From: Selaginella moellendorffii
Taxonomy: Eukaryota; Plantae; Lycopodiophyta
Length of the DNA: 64,000 bases
Assembly: GCF_000143415.4 (NCBI RefSeq)
Contig: NW_003314268.1
Location: 2,062,494 to 2,126,493, forward strand
Reading direction: 5' to 3'
Shown: one piece after another, positions 1 through 13,474 of the stretch
How the letters are laid out: each line of letters opens with the position of its first letter
Position numbering within the stretch: position 1 is the stretch's first letter
Translations under genes and position numbers: made by a program
Notes under the pieces: model-generated
Databases searched by the model: none
The model's input: the letters and a program-made list of their open reading frames with translations, nothing else
Told to the model about the DNA's origin: nothing

Positions 1-1587
1 TCTATTAGTTCGATGGCTGCCTTGGGCCCGAGGTGTTGCAAGACCAAGTTATGGAGCGTTGTGGACTGCAAAGAATGCTCGAGTCCGTCATGGAAGGCTA
101 CACGTCCACTGTCATGGCTTGCGGCCAAACCGGATCCGGCAAGACGTACACAATGTGCGGTCGACAAGAGGTCAGGAAACCACCACCTTGACATTGAGTT
201 TGATCACTTTGCAGCGAGGTAAGAGCTCTCGTCTCTTCTTGTTGTGTATTTTATACGTGCACAGGGTGGAGTAGAAGTAGGCTGCGATGATGGCTTGATT
301 GCCCGATCAGTCAAGTATCTCTTCAGTGCGATCAAGCTGGAGGCCGACCGGGATGCTTCCAAGTCGTATACGATGCGCGCGTCTTACTACGAGATTTACA
401 ACGAGCAGGTTCTTTGCTTAAACACGCATGTCGCTGAGGCATTCTCTTGTTGAGCCACAGGTGAATGATCTGCTTCGACTTGAATCAGCACCGCGAGAGA
501 TCAAGTGGAACGTAAAAAGTGGATACTACGTAGAGAGCTTGCTGCTTGTCGAGTGTGAATCCGTGGACGACGTGTTTTCGGTGCTTAGCGAAGGAGCCAA
601 GAACCGAAAGGTGGCTTTCCAGTTTCTTTGTTTCTTTCAACTGTCTAACGTTAGATTGCTGTTTGCAGATGGGAACGCACAATCTAAACAAGGACAGCAG
701 CAGAAGTCACTGTATCATGACGCTTCATGTCGATTCTCTGTGCCATATGGACGCTGGCCCGCCTGTTACGAAACTGGGGAGGATATTGTTTGTGGATTTG
801 GCCGGGAACGAACGCCTGAAAAAGAGCAAGAGCTCTGGAGAGATGCTCAAGGAAACCGGGAGCATAAACAGGTCTCTTTTCACTCTGGGGAAGGTAAACG
901 ATATCTATTCCCACATTCGTTCAAACTCCTGCACAACATTGCCAGGTGATTTCTTGCTTGGCGGAGGGTAAGAAAGGCGATGTCGTTCCTTACAGGTCTC
1001 TCCTCGCGTTTTCCAGCAGTGTGTGCTTGTTGTCAAAAAGTTAAGAGACTGACATGACAATCCTCGTTGTGCTCGCCAGGGAGAGCATGCTGACCAAGCT
1101 GCTCATGGAGAGCTTGGGGGGCAACAGCTTAGCTCTCATGATCGCTTGCATCTCTCCGGCGGTGACTGCGGTCGACGAGACGCTAAGCACGCTACATTAC
1201 GCAACGTGCACGAAGAAGATCATCAACGTACCCACTGTGAATATGGACGAGAAAGACAAGGTACCGAGCTTTAGCCAGGCCCAGAAAACAAATGGATCGT
1301 TCATTCTTCTTTTCCAGGTGATACTGCAACTACAAAAGGACATATCCAGCCTCAAGCAAGAGAACAAGCTCCTGCGGACAATTTTGGGTGTTTCCGCCGA
1401 GGAGGAGGTGCCCGCGGACGTGCTAGCCTCTCTCAAGTCGGACGAGGCAATGCTCCTCAACCAAATGGTGCTAGCCAAGGCCGGGCTGGCGCATCAAGGC
1501 GACCTCCAAAAGATACGATTGCCGCCAATCAAATCCATCAACGCGCAGAGTGACATGCTGCTGCCCACCGACGTCCTCGGCAAATAA
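1..1587 (+). CDS. KIF12: Kinesin motor protein, KIF12/kinesin-16-like (5'-truncated by window edge, multi-exon)
   Basis: P-loop GQTGSGKTYTM (~123-155), RASYYEIYNEQVNDLL, switch I HNLNKDSSRSH, switch II FVDLAGNER, LTKLLMESLGGN, then a short coiled coil and TAA at 1585-1587. Short GT-AG introns. Confidence 0.85.
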
Positions 1588-1881
1588 AACAGACTTTCGC
1601 CCCAGAAAACAAGTTGCTCGCGTCCCGCGCCCAGCACAAGCTGCTGCTGACTTTTTGTAAATTAAACATCCCATACGCAAAAACCAATGTGGCACGATCT
1701 GTGTGATCCAATTGCCAGGCAAAAAAAGAATGATAACTCTTGCGTGCCTTGAGGAACTCCAAACAGGGAGCAAGGCCACGAGTCAACGGCCAAAGCGAGA
1801 CCCAAAGACGAAAGGCGGGGCCGTTGACCAGCTGCTTCAAACTGGCAAGGGTCGTGTTTTACACCCCAAAGTCAACAGTCT

Positions 1882-2005
1882 CGACTCCACTCCTCTGTGA
1901 AGAGGCGAGGGGGCGGAGATACGGACTACCCCTTGTCCGCTGCCAAGCGGGCTGGAGCAGAGAGAGGGACAGGAGATCTTTTCCAAATCGCGGCAGCTTT
2001 ATAAG
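1882..2005 (+). promoter_or_regulatory. NRT2 promoter: NRE-like (NLP-binding) sites and TATA box
   Basis: CGACTCCA-N10-AAGAG at 1882-1904 and TACCCCTT-N10-AAG at 1927-1947 match the spacing of the tGACcCTT-N10-AAG nitrate-responsive element. TTTATAAG at ~1998-2005. Confidence 0.5.
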
Positions 2006-2117
2006 GCCTGGATTCTCAGCAATCTGGCAGCAGGGAATTAGCGTCCGAGTTTCAAGTTCCAATCAAGCGCAGAGGAAACAAGTTCTTCCAAAAGGGAGGA
2101 GCAGCAGGAGAGGAGCC

Positions 2118-3794
2118 ATGGCGGAGCAGAGCACGTCGGGGATTGGCGTGGACGCAGCCGGCGATCCGGGCGTGTCGATGCACGGGGTGACGGGCAAGGA
2201 GCAGGCCTTCGCCTTCTCGGTGGAGGCGCCATCGCCGATAGCCGACCCCGCCGCCAAGAAATTCGCGCTGCCCGTCGACTCGGAGCACAAATCCAAGGTG
2301 TTCAACATCTTCTCGCTGGCCAACCCACACATGAGAACCTTTCACCTCTCGTGGATCGCCTTCTTCACTTGCTTCACCTCCACCTTCGCGGCGCCGCCGC
2401 TCCTCCCGATCATCCGCGACAACCTGGGGCTCACCAAGCTGGACGTGGGCAGGGCCGGAATCGCGTCCGTGACGGGCGCCATCGTCTCCAGGTTCGCCAT
2501 GGGGCCAGTGTGCGATCTCGTCGGCCCGCGCTATGGCTGCGCCTTCGTGATTATGATGACCGCCCCCGCCGTCTTCTCCATGAGCCTCGTCTCGTCGGCC
2601 ACCGGATTCATCCTCGCGCGCTTCTTCATCGGCTTCGGCCTCGCCACCTTCGTGTCGTGCCAGTTTTGGATGAGCTCCATGTTCAACAGCAAGATCGTGG
2701 GATCCGCAAACGGCACCGCTGCCGGGTGGGGCAATCTGGGCGGCGGAGCCACGCAGCTCATCATGCCGCTCGTCTTCAAGGCCATCCAATCCATGGGGTC
2801 GGACAAGTTCATCGCCTGGAGGATCGCCTTCTTCGTCCCGGGCTTCTTCCACATCTTCATGGGCCTGATGGTGCTCACCCTCGGCCAGGACCTCCCGGAT
2901 GGCAACTACGCGCTGCTCAAGGAGACGGGCAAGAAGAACAAGGACGCATTCTCCAAGGTATGGAGTTGGATCTTCTCTGATCGATCGGCTTGGAAGCTCA
3001 CTTGTGTGTATTAACCTATCCAGGTGTTTGTCAACGCGATCAGGAACTACCGGACGTGGATCTTCGCGCTGCTCTACGGCTACAGCTTCGGCGTGGAGCT
3101 GACGGTGGACAACATCATCGCCGAGTACTTCTACGATCGCTTCGGCCTCGACCTCCACACCGCGGGCATTGTCGCCTCCACCTTCGGCATGGCCAACCTC
3201 TTCGCGCGGCCGCTGGGCGGGATCCTGTCCGACGTCGTCGCCCGCCGCTTTGGAATGCGGGGGAGGCTGTGGGCGCTGTGGCTGATGCAATCCATGGGAG
3301 CAGTGCTGTGCATCGTCCTCGGCCTGGTTGGAAGCCTAGGCCCCTCCATCGGCGTCATGATCCTCTTCTCGCTCTTCCTCCAGGGCGCCTGTGGCTGCAC
3401 CTTCGGCATCATCCCTTTCGTGTCGCACCGATCGCTGGGCGTCATCTCCGGCCTCACGGGCGCCGGCGGCAACGTTGGCGCGGTGCTCACGCAGCTCATC
3501 TTCTTCACCAGCAACCAGTACTCCACGCAAAAGGGGATCTCGCTCATGGGCGTGATGAGCTTGGCGTGCACGATGCCAGTGCTCCTCGTCTACTTCCCGC
3601 AGTGGGGCGGCGCGCTCTTCCCGGCATCCGGCGAGGTCACCGAAGAGCACTACTACACATCCGAGTGGACCAAAGCCGAGAAGGAGCAGGGCATGCACAA
3701 TGCGAGCGTCAAATTCGCGGAGAATGCTCGATCCGAGCGCGGGCGCCGGGTCGCGTCGGCTCCCACGCCCCCTCATCCCTCTTCCATGGCTTGA
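2118..3794 (+). CDS. NRT2: High-affinity nitrate transporter NRT2 (2 exons; intron 2958-3023)
   Basis: [20 protein letters not shown], nitrate signature [17 protein letters not shown] and C-terminal [10 protein letters not shown] are NRT2 hallmarks. Confidence 0.97.
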
Positions 3795-4008
3795 GAACCC
3801 TAAAAAGTTTCAACTGCTTTGCTGAATACTTTTTTTTATACATAGAAATGAAAGGCACCCATTTTTATACGCGTACCATACGGCCGGGAAAAAGGGACCC
3901 GTTGCCGCGCTTGGCAAATTTTGAAAGCGCCGCACAGTAGAGGGTGCGGCGAATATGCCAGGCGTCTAGGGTATTGCGGGGAGAGGAAGGGGGAGAAGCG
4001 CGGGCGCC

Positions 4009-6264
4009 ATGGGCGAGCAGTCGACAAGCCCCCGCGCCATCCGATGGCGCAAGGGCGAGCTCATCGGCGTCGGCGCCTACGGCCGCGTCTACATGGGGAT
4101 GAACCTTGACTCCGGCGAGCTCATCGCGGTCAAGCAGGTGCGTTTCCCTCGCAAGTTTTGAGCTGCATTTCGAGCTCCTGGTGCATTGCCTTCTCTAGGT
4201 CTTGATCGCGGCCAGCAACTTCGCCAAGGGCAAGGCCCAGCTCAGTGCTCACATCCGGGAGCTGGAAGAGGAGGTGAAGCTGCTCCAAAACTTGTCACAC
4301 CCCAACATAGTTGTAAGTGTCTCCTGTGGCGGTTGAATTTGATGATCAAGATGTGTGGCAGAGGTACTTAGGAACCGCCAGGGAGGAGGAGGCGCTCAAC
4401 ATCTTTCTTGAATTTGTTCCCGGTGGATCTATTTCGTCGCTTCTTGGGAAGTTTGGTTCCTTCACAGAACCCGTGATTCGTATGTATACTAGGCAGTTGC
4501 TCTTGGGGCTTGAATACCTTCATCAGAATAAAATAATGCACCGAGATATCAAGGTAAAGTGAGTGATTTAGATGAAGGGTATTTTTCTTACTTCCATTCA
4601 TGCAGGGAGCAAATATATTGGTAGACAACCAGGGCCACATAAAGGTAGCAGATTTTGGAGCATCGAAAAAAGTTCTTGAGCTGGTAGGCGTTGAATGCCT
4701 TTTTGATTTGGCCATTTCATGATTGCGTTTCGACGCAGGCAACCATTTCGGAAGCAAAGTCCATGAAAGGGACCCCGTACTGGATGGCCCCCGAAGTTGT
4801 CAGGCAGACTGGTCACAATTGGTAGGCCTCTGCTTTTTCTCGTCTTGGCTTTTCAAGTGTTTTTCGTATGTATCGTCTTATCAGGCAAGCAGACATATGG
4901 AGTGTGGGTTGCACTGTCATTGAGATGGCAACAGGCAAGCCGCCGTGGAGTGATCAGTTTCAAGAGGTATGCTCTCGTCATTTGTTTGAAAGAGAGAACT
5001 CGTCTATCTGGATTTTATATTAGGTGGCTGCCTTGTTCCACATCGGTACAACCAAGTCGCATCCTCCTATTCCAGAACATCTATCCCCTGATGCAAAAAG
5101 TTTTCTTTTAAAATGTCTTCAAAGGTACTACCCATCTGAAAATGCATGCTCATTGCTGTTCTTTTTGGTGCAGGGAGCCACGACTGAGACCAACAGCTGC
5201 AGAGCTTCTTAAGGTGTGTGCGCTTTGATTATGCCATGTTCTCATATATATGTTCTTGCCAGCACCCTTTTGTTTCAGAAACGTACGACAGTAATGCCAT
5301 GGCGCCCAAATTTATACCAACGGTTGATGATTGTCAGTTAAGAAAATCATTCGTAGATGATCTCAATTGTTCAGTGAGGCTGGACTCTCCCTGTGCGAGC
5401 TTATCAAACGACGAGGTTTGCCACGACGTAGAATGTTTCGTTAATGACTTTGTGTTTCGACTTGAAGATATGTCCAAGCTTCAACCCGGTGTCGGAGCCT
5501 TCATACGTGGAAGGCGCCTGTTGGACACTTGGTCGCAGCAATTCTGCGGATCCAGTCGGTCCTTCGAGCCATACTGACGACGATGACGTTACAGAGTCAA
5601 AAATCAAAGCTTTTTTGGAGGCGAAGGTAGAGCAAGAGGTTGATTCCATGTTCTGAAGGCTTTCTTGGCGCAGGCATCGGAACTGGCAAAGTTGCAAACT
5701 CCACTCTACGAAGAATACAGCCTCTACAAAGGCAGCAGTGAGGAGCCAAATTCGAGTTTTGTTGCACCGTTGAGTCCCGCAAGGCCGAGGCCACCTACAG
5801 CTAGTAGGTCCCCAAGCAAAGGGAGCAGTTTCAGTGAGAGGTCTACGTACGTGAGAAACAGTTGCGAAAGTGATGCAAGTGTCAGCTCAGACAGTGCTGC
5901 TCCCGCACCTGGTCCCGCGGCGAATTTCAATCCACTGCTCGAGGTCAGACTAAATGGACAGGATTTTCCACCATCCATTCGCAACTCCAGGTACGTTTCA
6001 CCCCTTCGTTTTTTAGTATGTTGACCCGGACACTGAAATACCCTTGCAGTAGCTTCTGCGACAGGCAGAGGCAGTGGAAGGAGGAGCTCCAGCAAGAGCT
6101 CGAAATGAAGAGGGGTAATATGACACGTGTTTAAAGTCATTGGCATTAAGTTTTGATTTGTGTTTGCAGAAGAGAAGCGCAAGCTTGCGCGGCATGCAAG
6201 TGGAGCAACATCTCCGTTGTTTCAGCGGCAAAGCAGTCGGCTGGGCTTCTCTCCCGTCAGATAA
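4009..6264 (+). CDS. NPK1: MAP kinase kinase kinase NPK1/ANP-like (multi-exon)
   Basis: [76 protein letters not shown] and C-terminal coiled coil [20 protein letters not shown] at 6262-6264. Confidence 0.92.
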
Positions 6265-6374
6265 GACTGTGAATTTCCTATTCCTGTAACTTTTTTACTC
6301 CAATAAATTGCCTATGAACGAGTTGACCTGCTAGGTTAGGGTCACAGAGATCGGTATTTGGATGAGGGACACAG

Positions 6375-8717
6375 ATGGGTGACAGGCAGCATGGCACTAT
6401 CCAGCGAATTGCAGTGCGAAGCTGTTGTCAATCAGGTGGTCGGCCGTGTGAGAGCCTCGGGATACAGTGATGGAGTTTGCAACGAGCTCAGGGAGCACTT
6501 TGCGCGTCTTCCATCACGGTAAATCACCAGCTTGTTGCCAAATCGAATGTGACTTTGGTGTGTTTTCTTGTTGCAGCTACACGCTCAACATTGATGTGGA
6601 GCGGCATGAGGATGTCCTGCTTCATATGAAGCTCATCCAGCAAGCACGGGATGAAGAAATCAGCTCTCGAGTTAATTCCGTGGAAGCACCTTCTCTTCCG
6701 GTCGTAAATGCTCGCAAAGTTCAGCTGGGGGGCGGCTTGGATACCGATGCTGCTTGCAATCATGTGGGTTCTAGCTACAGTTGGCTTGCTGCCATGTCGA
6801 AGTTACCCAAGCCAGCGTTTGGTTCCAGCACTAATCTTGCGGGGATTATTGCTGGAAGCCCGGCTAAAGTTCATCCGTCGTTTGGAATCGGCAGTGCACC
6901 TCCGGCGGCGATTCCTCGTCCCATGTTTGCTTCTCTGGAAACAGAAGAGCGGAGTGGTGGCTGCAGCTCGTGCTATGGATACGAACTGACTCTGGCTTCT
7001 TCGGACAGGCATGGATTGCTGAAGTTCTTCACGTCAGCTTTGAGTAACTCCTCGCTCGAGCTGAATATCAAGGTTGGCTGTTCATCTTTCAAATGCGTAA
7101 AACTGTCTCGTAAGACTGTTTCGTTGTTTCCAGGAAGCACATGTTTTCAGCACGACTGATGGAATGGCACTCGAAGTTTTTGTTGTTGAAGGCTGGATAG
7201 GGGATGATGTGAGTTTTGTTTTATGCCTTTTCCTATATCTCTTGTTGTTTTGTGTGTGTGGCAGCCAGAAGAACTAAAGCAAGCCGTTTTGACGGCATTG
7301 AGCTCCAACTTCACTGAAAGGGCACGACTTAGAGAAGTTGTCGAAAGCTTAGCTTATGAGGACTGGGCTGTGGACTACAACAATGTGAGGTTCAGTAGAT
7401 TGTTTTTGCTCATAACATCTTATCTTGATTATCCGTTTAGCTGCATATTGGCGCTAGGCTAGGAGGTGGCTCTTCTGGAAGACTATATCGTGGGAAGTAC
7501 CGTGGTCAAGACGTGGCCATCAAAGTGATCATGCTCGACGAAGCGGATGGTCATTCGGACTCTGGCACCCTGCGTGGCGCTCCAGCTGCCGAGCTTCTTC
7601 AAGTTTTTAAGCAAGAGGTTTCAATAATGAGGTACTTGATGGTCGTGTAATTGTTAACGTAATGCCTCTAGATTCCCCACAGAATGGTTCGGCACAAGAA
7701 TCTTGTTCAGTTTATTGGAGCCTGTGCGAACTGGCCAAGACTGTGCATTGTGACTGAGCTAATGGCCGGTGGCAGGTGAGGAGCTTTCTTTGGCCTCAGA
7801 GGTTAATCACGATTCTTTAGTGTGCGAGATGTTCTTGAAAGTCGGGAGGGCGGCCTTGAGGTTCCTGCCGCACTTAAGGTGCTTCGAGATGCGGCAAAGG
7901 GAATGGATTTCTTGCATAGGTTTGTCTTTTCTATCACTGCGCTCAAATGACACTTGTTCATGCAGAAGAGGAATCGTGCATCGGGATTTGAAGTCTGCAA
8001 ACTTGCTTATTGACGAGCACGATGTAAGCCAGTTGATTTGTTTGAGTCCTGTTCCTGATTTTATTTATTTATGTAGGTGGTCAAAGTTTGCGATTTTGGT
8101 GTTGCCCGACTGAAGCCTTCGAATGTAAATCGTTCTGGCTCTGGGAACTGGCCTGCCGAAATGACTGCTGAAACTGGCACATATCGCTGGATGTCACCTG
8201 AGGTCCGTTCGCTCGCAGTTTTCGTTTGCTTAAAATCAGTTACAGGTGCTGGAACACAAAGCGTACGATCACAAGACCGATGTCTACTCTTTTGGCATCA
8301 TGATCTGGTAACAAGGCACTTTGTACAGAACACTGCGCAAACAATCTGTTTTTCAGGGAACTTCTTACAGGTGATATACCTTATTCCGATTTAACACCAC
8401 TTCAAGCGGCTATAGGCGTGGTGCAAAGGTGGCCGGACTTTCTATTATTGAGATTCGGCAACCCATGCTTTTTCGTTTCAGGAAGCTGCGGCCATCAATG
8501 CCTGCGTCCGTCCCTGATAAGCTCGTTAATCTCGCTGAGAGGTGTTGGAATCAAGATCCACAGCTACGACCCGAGTTTAGTGAAGTACGATGTTTCAGTT
8601 CTCGTTGTCATGTTGAAACTGCTTTTGTATATTCAGGTGTTGACCATCATTGAGGAGCTGCAGAAACCACCGGCTAACAACTGGAGGAAAAGTTTCTTTA
8701 GAAAAAAGAAGCCGTAG
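6375..8717 (+). CDS. ACT-domain Raf-like Ser/Thr/Tyr kinase (STY8/17/46 family; multi-exon; start codon tentative)
   Basis: [19 protein letters not shown] domain ([14 protein letters not shown]), GGGSSG loop, [29 protein letters not shown]. Confidence 0.88.
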
Positions 8718-9088
8718 CTTGTTGGGAAAAACATATTCGAGACGGGAGTGCTTGTAGAGGTTTGATATCAAACACGTCTGATTTGAGCCATCCTTGTGGC
8801 AGCCAGCATGCCAATGGTGCTAGTAGGTGACAAAGAGCGTGATGTGTTTCTTGGCGCCAAGCAGCCGGCAAACTCGTTGGAAAAGAAAGGGTCATCTTGG
8901 AGCTTGACACTTTCAAAACCGGTGTTTTGTAAGTGATTTCATTTCTAGAAGGGAAGCCGCCTAGGTGTGAGACACTTTGTTTTACTAATTGGATTAGAAA
9001 AAACCAATGCAGATGGTATGCTTGCAGGGGTAATATATAAAGGTGTAACCAACCGAGCGATGGGAACGAAGCTCGCTGCTGCCTGGCC

Positions 9089-10664
9089 ATGGTATCTCTC
9101 AGGCTTGCTATCGTAGCTTTGGTTCTTCTTGCTGCGCACAATGCACTCGGAGTTGCAAATCCTAGAGGTCTGGGGGTTTGCACCAGTTTCGTCTTGCCAG
9201 AGGCTTACCAGTGCACCGAGTACATCGTAAGGAACTCTCCACGCTTTTGCGCGTACTTACCTTGGAATGCAGGTTGAAACTGCCGATGGCTATAAGCTGG
9301 CGCTCGAGAGAGTCGCGAAGAACTGTACCACGCCGACGCTGGGTCCTGTGTTCCTCTACCACGGGATTATGGAGGTTCTCGCATCCTTGGTCTCCACGCA
9401 TTCGTTAATTCGTCCATTTCTTGCAGGGTGGCGACATCTGGGTGCTCAACCCGCCTGATGAATCGCTAGCTTTTATCATGGCGGACGCGGGCTACGATGT
9501 TTTCATTGGCAATGGACGTGCCTCCATGTTCAGCTCTCACAACTTGTTCTCGCGAGCGGATACGGTAGAACTCGTGTTTAGATAATGATATCACGATGAC
9601 GATCGATCGTATGCGTGCAGAGGTTCTGGGATTGGAGCATGGACGAACTCGTCGTCCACGACTTACCAGCGTTGCTAACTTACGTGAACACTCTGACCGA
9701 CAAAAGGATTTTCTTTGTTGGCTACTCACAGGGGACACAAGTCGCATTCGCCGCCTTGTCTCAGTCTGGGAACAAAGCAGCGAGCCTTATCGAAAGGGCC
9801 GCAATGCTAGCTCCCATTGCGTACCTCAACCATGTCCGAGCACCGATGATCGGAGAGGCTGCTCGACGCCGATTGGATCAAGTGAGTCTTGAGTTTAGAG
9901 TCTTTTTTGGAAAAAGAAGTTCTGGTTTCTCTGTTTCGCAGGTATTGCTTCGATCGGGGATCAGCGAATTCAGCCTGTCAAAGTAAGCGTTGGGCTTCTA
10001 ATGTGAGCTGATTTATTTTGTTTTTCTCCTTGCCTAGTGCTGCTGGACGGCAAGTTCTTAACATCATCTGTAGACAATCAAACCTTGATTGCATCGACGA
10101 TCTGCTTACTCTTTTCACAGGTACTTTGGGTCTTCGCATAAACTTTCGATTGTTTGCCTGCTTTTCAAGGTCCAAACTGCTGCGTCAACGTGAGTAGAAT
10201 GAGCTACTACAACATGTACGAGATGCAGTCAACCTCCATGAGAAACCTCGCACACCTTGCTCAGCGTAAGCTTTCGTGCTTCCCAATTCAATCCTAAACA
10301 TCTATCCGTCTTTCCACCAGTTGTTCGATCGGGACGGTTCGCGAAGTTCGACTTCCAGGTCCCGGGAAACATCGACCACTACGGGGTGCTCATACCTCCC
10401 TCGTACTCTCTGTCGACGATCCCAGTGAGCATTCCCATGCTGCTTGTCTATGGCGGGCGAGACGAGCTAGCGGACCAAGCCGACGTGCAGCACCTCATCC
10501 GCGACCTCCACAGGACCAGCGTCGAAGTTCTCTTCCTCCCGCGCTACGCACACGCCGACTTTGTCCTCGGCATCAATGCCAACGTCGACGTCTATCCCCA
10601 CGTCCTGGAATTTTTCCAGTCCACCATCGGGAACAACTCTAGCATGGCCCCTCCTCGCGGCTAA
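9089..10664 (+). CDS. Secreted triacylglycerol/acid lipase (LIP1/LIP2, gastric/lysosomal lipase family; multi-exon)
   Basis: Signal peptide, VETADGYKLAL, FWDWSMDEL, nucleophile GYSQG, GGRDELAD (Asp) and YAHADF (His). Confidence 0.92.
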
Positions 10665-10766
10665 ACTCTCTTTACTTATATAACTAAGAGTTCTTAGAAT
10701 CACTGGTAATCTGTGTCGGGTCAGATCGACGGTCAGATCTTGCCCACTTGTTCTGTTAAAAATCTC

Positions 10767-10814
10767 TAGGGTTTCTAGAATGTTCCACGTAAGTCGGCTA
10801 AGGGTTTAGGGTTT
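10767..10814 (+). promoter_or_regulatory. Heat-shock element plus telo-boxes upstream of mtHSP70
   Basis: Three-unit HSE TTCtaGAAtgTTC at 10773-10785. TAGGGTTT telo-box copies at ~10767 and ~10807. Confidence 0.75.
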
Positions 10815-10873
10815 TAAACCATTTAGGGTCTTCTCTCCGGCGGGTTTTCTAGGGTATAGGCGCTTGCAAGGCT

Positions 10874-13144
10874 ATGTCGATGTTGGCGAGAATTGCCAAG
10901 CGAGCCGTGCAGGCCTCGGGCTCCAGCCAGGTATTCTATTCGGTGCTTGGATCATCGGCCGCGATTCTTGTTTCCTGACTCCATTTTTCCTATTTTTTTC
11001 TTTGTATAGGCGGCTCACAGGCTCACAACGTCTCCACTGCTTTCGAGATGGTCTAGAAACTACAGGTGAGGCTCTCGAATTGATCTTGTCTTGCTTTTTG
11101 CTTTGGGCTAAAATCGAGAATGGCTGCTTGGTGTTGTTGTAGCAAAGCTGCTGGAGGGGATGTCATCGGTATCGATTTGGGCACAACGAATTCTTGCGTT
11201 TCTGTGATGGAGGGCAAGGTAACTATCACATTTCTCTTTTTTCGTGCTTGTTATGGCGAAAATTTTTTTCTTCACTTCTAGACTCCTCGGGTGATTGAAA
11301 ATTCTGAGGGCGCTCGAACTACACCCTCGGTTGTGGCCTTCACGCCCAAAGGCGAGCGTCTGGTCGGCACTCCTGCGAAGCGTCAAGCGGTCACCAACCC
11401 GACAAATACCATCTTTGGTTCGAAGAGGCTTATCGGTCGCCAGTTTGATGACCCTCAAACTCAGAAGGAGATGAAAATGGTTCCTTACAAGATCGTAAAG
11501 GCTCCAAACGGCGATGCGTGGGTGGAAGCTGGCGGACAGAAGTACTCGCCCAGTCAGATTGGTGCTTTCGTGTTGATGAAGATGAAGGAAACTGCTGAGG
11601 CCTTCCTTGGTCGCCCCGTGACCAAGGCTGTCATCACTGTGCCAGCTTATTTCAATGACGCCCAAAGGCAGGCAACTAAGGATGCTGGAAGGATTGCTGG
11701 CTTGGAGGTTGCCAGGATTATCAACGAGCCTACAGCAGCTTCTCTGTCTTACGGCATGGACAAGAAGGAGGGCCTCATCGCGGTCTTCGACCTTGGTGGT
11801 GGAACTTTCGACATTTCGATCCTTGAGATCTCTGGCGGTGTGTTCGAGGTAAAGCTTTCTTTCTCTTTGTTTTCTCCGTGTATGACGACGCTCTTTCAGG
11901 TTAAAGCTACAAACGGGGACACCTTCTTGGGAGGGGAGGACTTCGACAACACTCTCGTGGAGCACTTACTGGCTGAGTTCAAGAAGGACCAGGGGATTGA
12001 TCTCTCCAGTGACAGGTTAGCCCTTCAACGGCTTCGCGAGGCAGCAGAGAAGGCGAAAGTGGAGCTTTCTTCTACGACGCAGACAGAGATCAACCTGCCT
12101 TTCATCACAGCCGATGCTTCGGGCGCTAAGCATTTGAACCTCACCTTGACTCGCTCCAAGTTCGAGGCGCTCGTGAGCAGCCTGATCGAGAAGACGAAGC
12201 AGCCGTGCAAGGACTGCCTGAAGGATGCCGGCATCACTGCCAAGCAGGTGGACGAGGTTTTGCTCGTTGGAGGCATGACCCGGATGCCCAAGGTTCAGGA
12301 AGTTGTGCTCAACATCTTCGGCAAGGATCCGTGCAAAGGCGTCAACCCCGACGAGGTGGTGGCAATGGGAGCCGCCATTCAGGGTGGAGTTTTGCGAGGC
12401 GATGTGAAGGACATCCTTCTCCTGGATGTTACGCCACTGTCCCTGGGTATCGAGACTTTGGGAGGAGTGTTCACGAGGCTCATTCCGAGGAACACCACCA
12501 TTCCAACCAAGAAGAGCCAGGTTTTCTCGACAGCAGCCGATGGTCAGACGCAGGTCGGTGTCAAGGTTCTCCAGGGAGAACGGGAGATGGCAACGGACAA
12601 CAAGATGCTGGGGCAGTTTGACCTCGTTGGTATTCCTCCGGCACCGCGTGGGGTGCCTCAGATCGAAGTCACCTTTGACATTGACGCCAACGGCATTGTG
12701 AACGTATCAGCGAGGGATAAGTCTACCGGCAAGGAGCAGGCAATCACCATTCAGTCGTCTGGAGGCCTGACCGAGTCCGACATCGAGAAGATGGTGAAGG
12801 AGGCGGAGATCTACTCGCAGAAAGACAAGGAGCGCAAGGAGCTCATCGACGCCAAGAACGATGCCGACTCTGCGATCTACTCGACCGAGAAGAGCCTCAA
12901 CGAGCACAAAGACAAGCTGCCTTCGGACGTTGTGACCGCCATCCAGAGCGCTGTGGCGGATCTCAAAAAGGCCGTGGAGAGCGAGAAGGTGGACCAGATC
13001 AGGCAAAAGATCAGTGCTACCCAGACTGCTGCGATGAAGATCGGCGAGACGCTGTCAAAGCAAGCACCGCCGAGCGGAGGTGGATCAGCGCCAGGTGGGG
13101 AGACTGCCGAGGCCGAGTACGACGATGTGAAGCAAGGTAAGTAA
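10874..13144 (+). CDS. mtHSP70: Mitochondrial HSP70 (multi-exon; 11849-11899 is an in-frame 51-nt intron)
   Basis: Arg-rich presequence, [34 protein letters not shown]-terminal AEYDDVK. Confidence 0.96.
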
Positions 13145-13318
13145 AGAGCAGAGACGAAGCAAGAGAAACGCCTGACATTTTTCTTAGCGAAGAACTGTAT
13201 CTTGTTAGCTAGATGGTATTTTTTTCCCTTTTTTCTTTTTGGTTTCTTTCTACGTAGGAGACCAAGAGCCATCAGATCGAGAGTTTGTAGTAGTAATAAG
13301 GGAGCAAGCAAGCTTTGG

Positions 13319-13339
13319 ACTCTCTCTCTCTCTCTCTCT
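13319..13339. repeat. (CT)n microsatellite
   Basis: Direct observation. A second (GA)n tract lies at ~14237-14258 inside an RLCK intron. Confidence 0.8.
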
Positions 13340-13474
13340 CGTGATTTGTGTGGTACCCAACATGGGTATATGTTCTTCCTTCGCAGAAGGAAGAATTTGC
13401 CCGTTCTTGGCAAATGGTGCTTACATCCATTCTATTTCCTAGCTTTGTACATTTCGTGTCGAATCGCGATTCGA

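Noticed and set aside
2052-3776. Long antisense ORFs over NRT2 (similar ones over HSP70, LEA, PPR and DUF4228)
   Set aside because: Shadow frames caused by high GC3 codon bias.
1-6264. Kinesin near NPK1 as a NACK-NPK1 cytokinesis pair
   Set aside because: The kinesin looks like kinesin-16, not the kinesin-7 NACK type.
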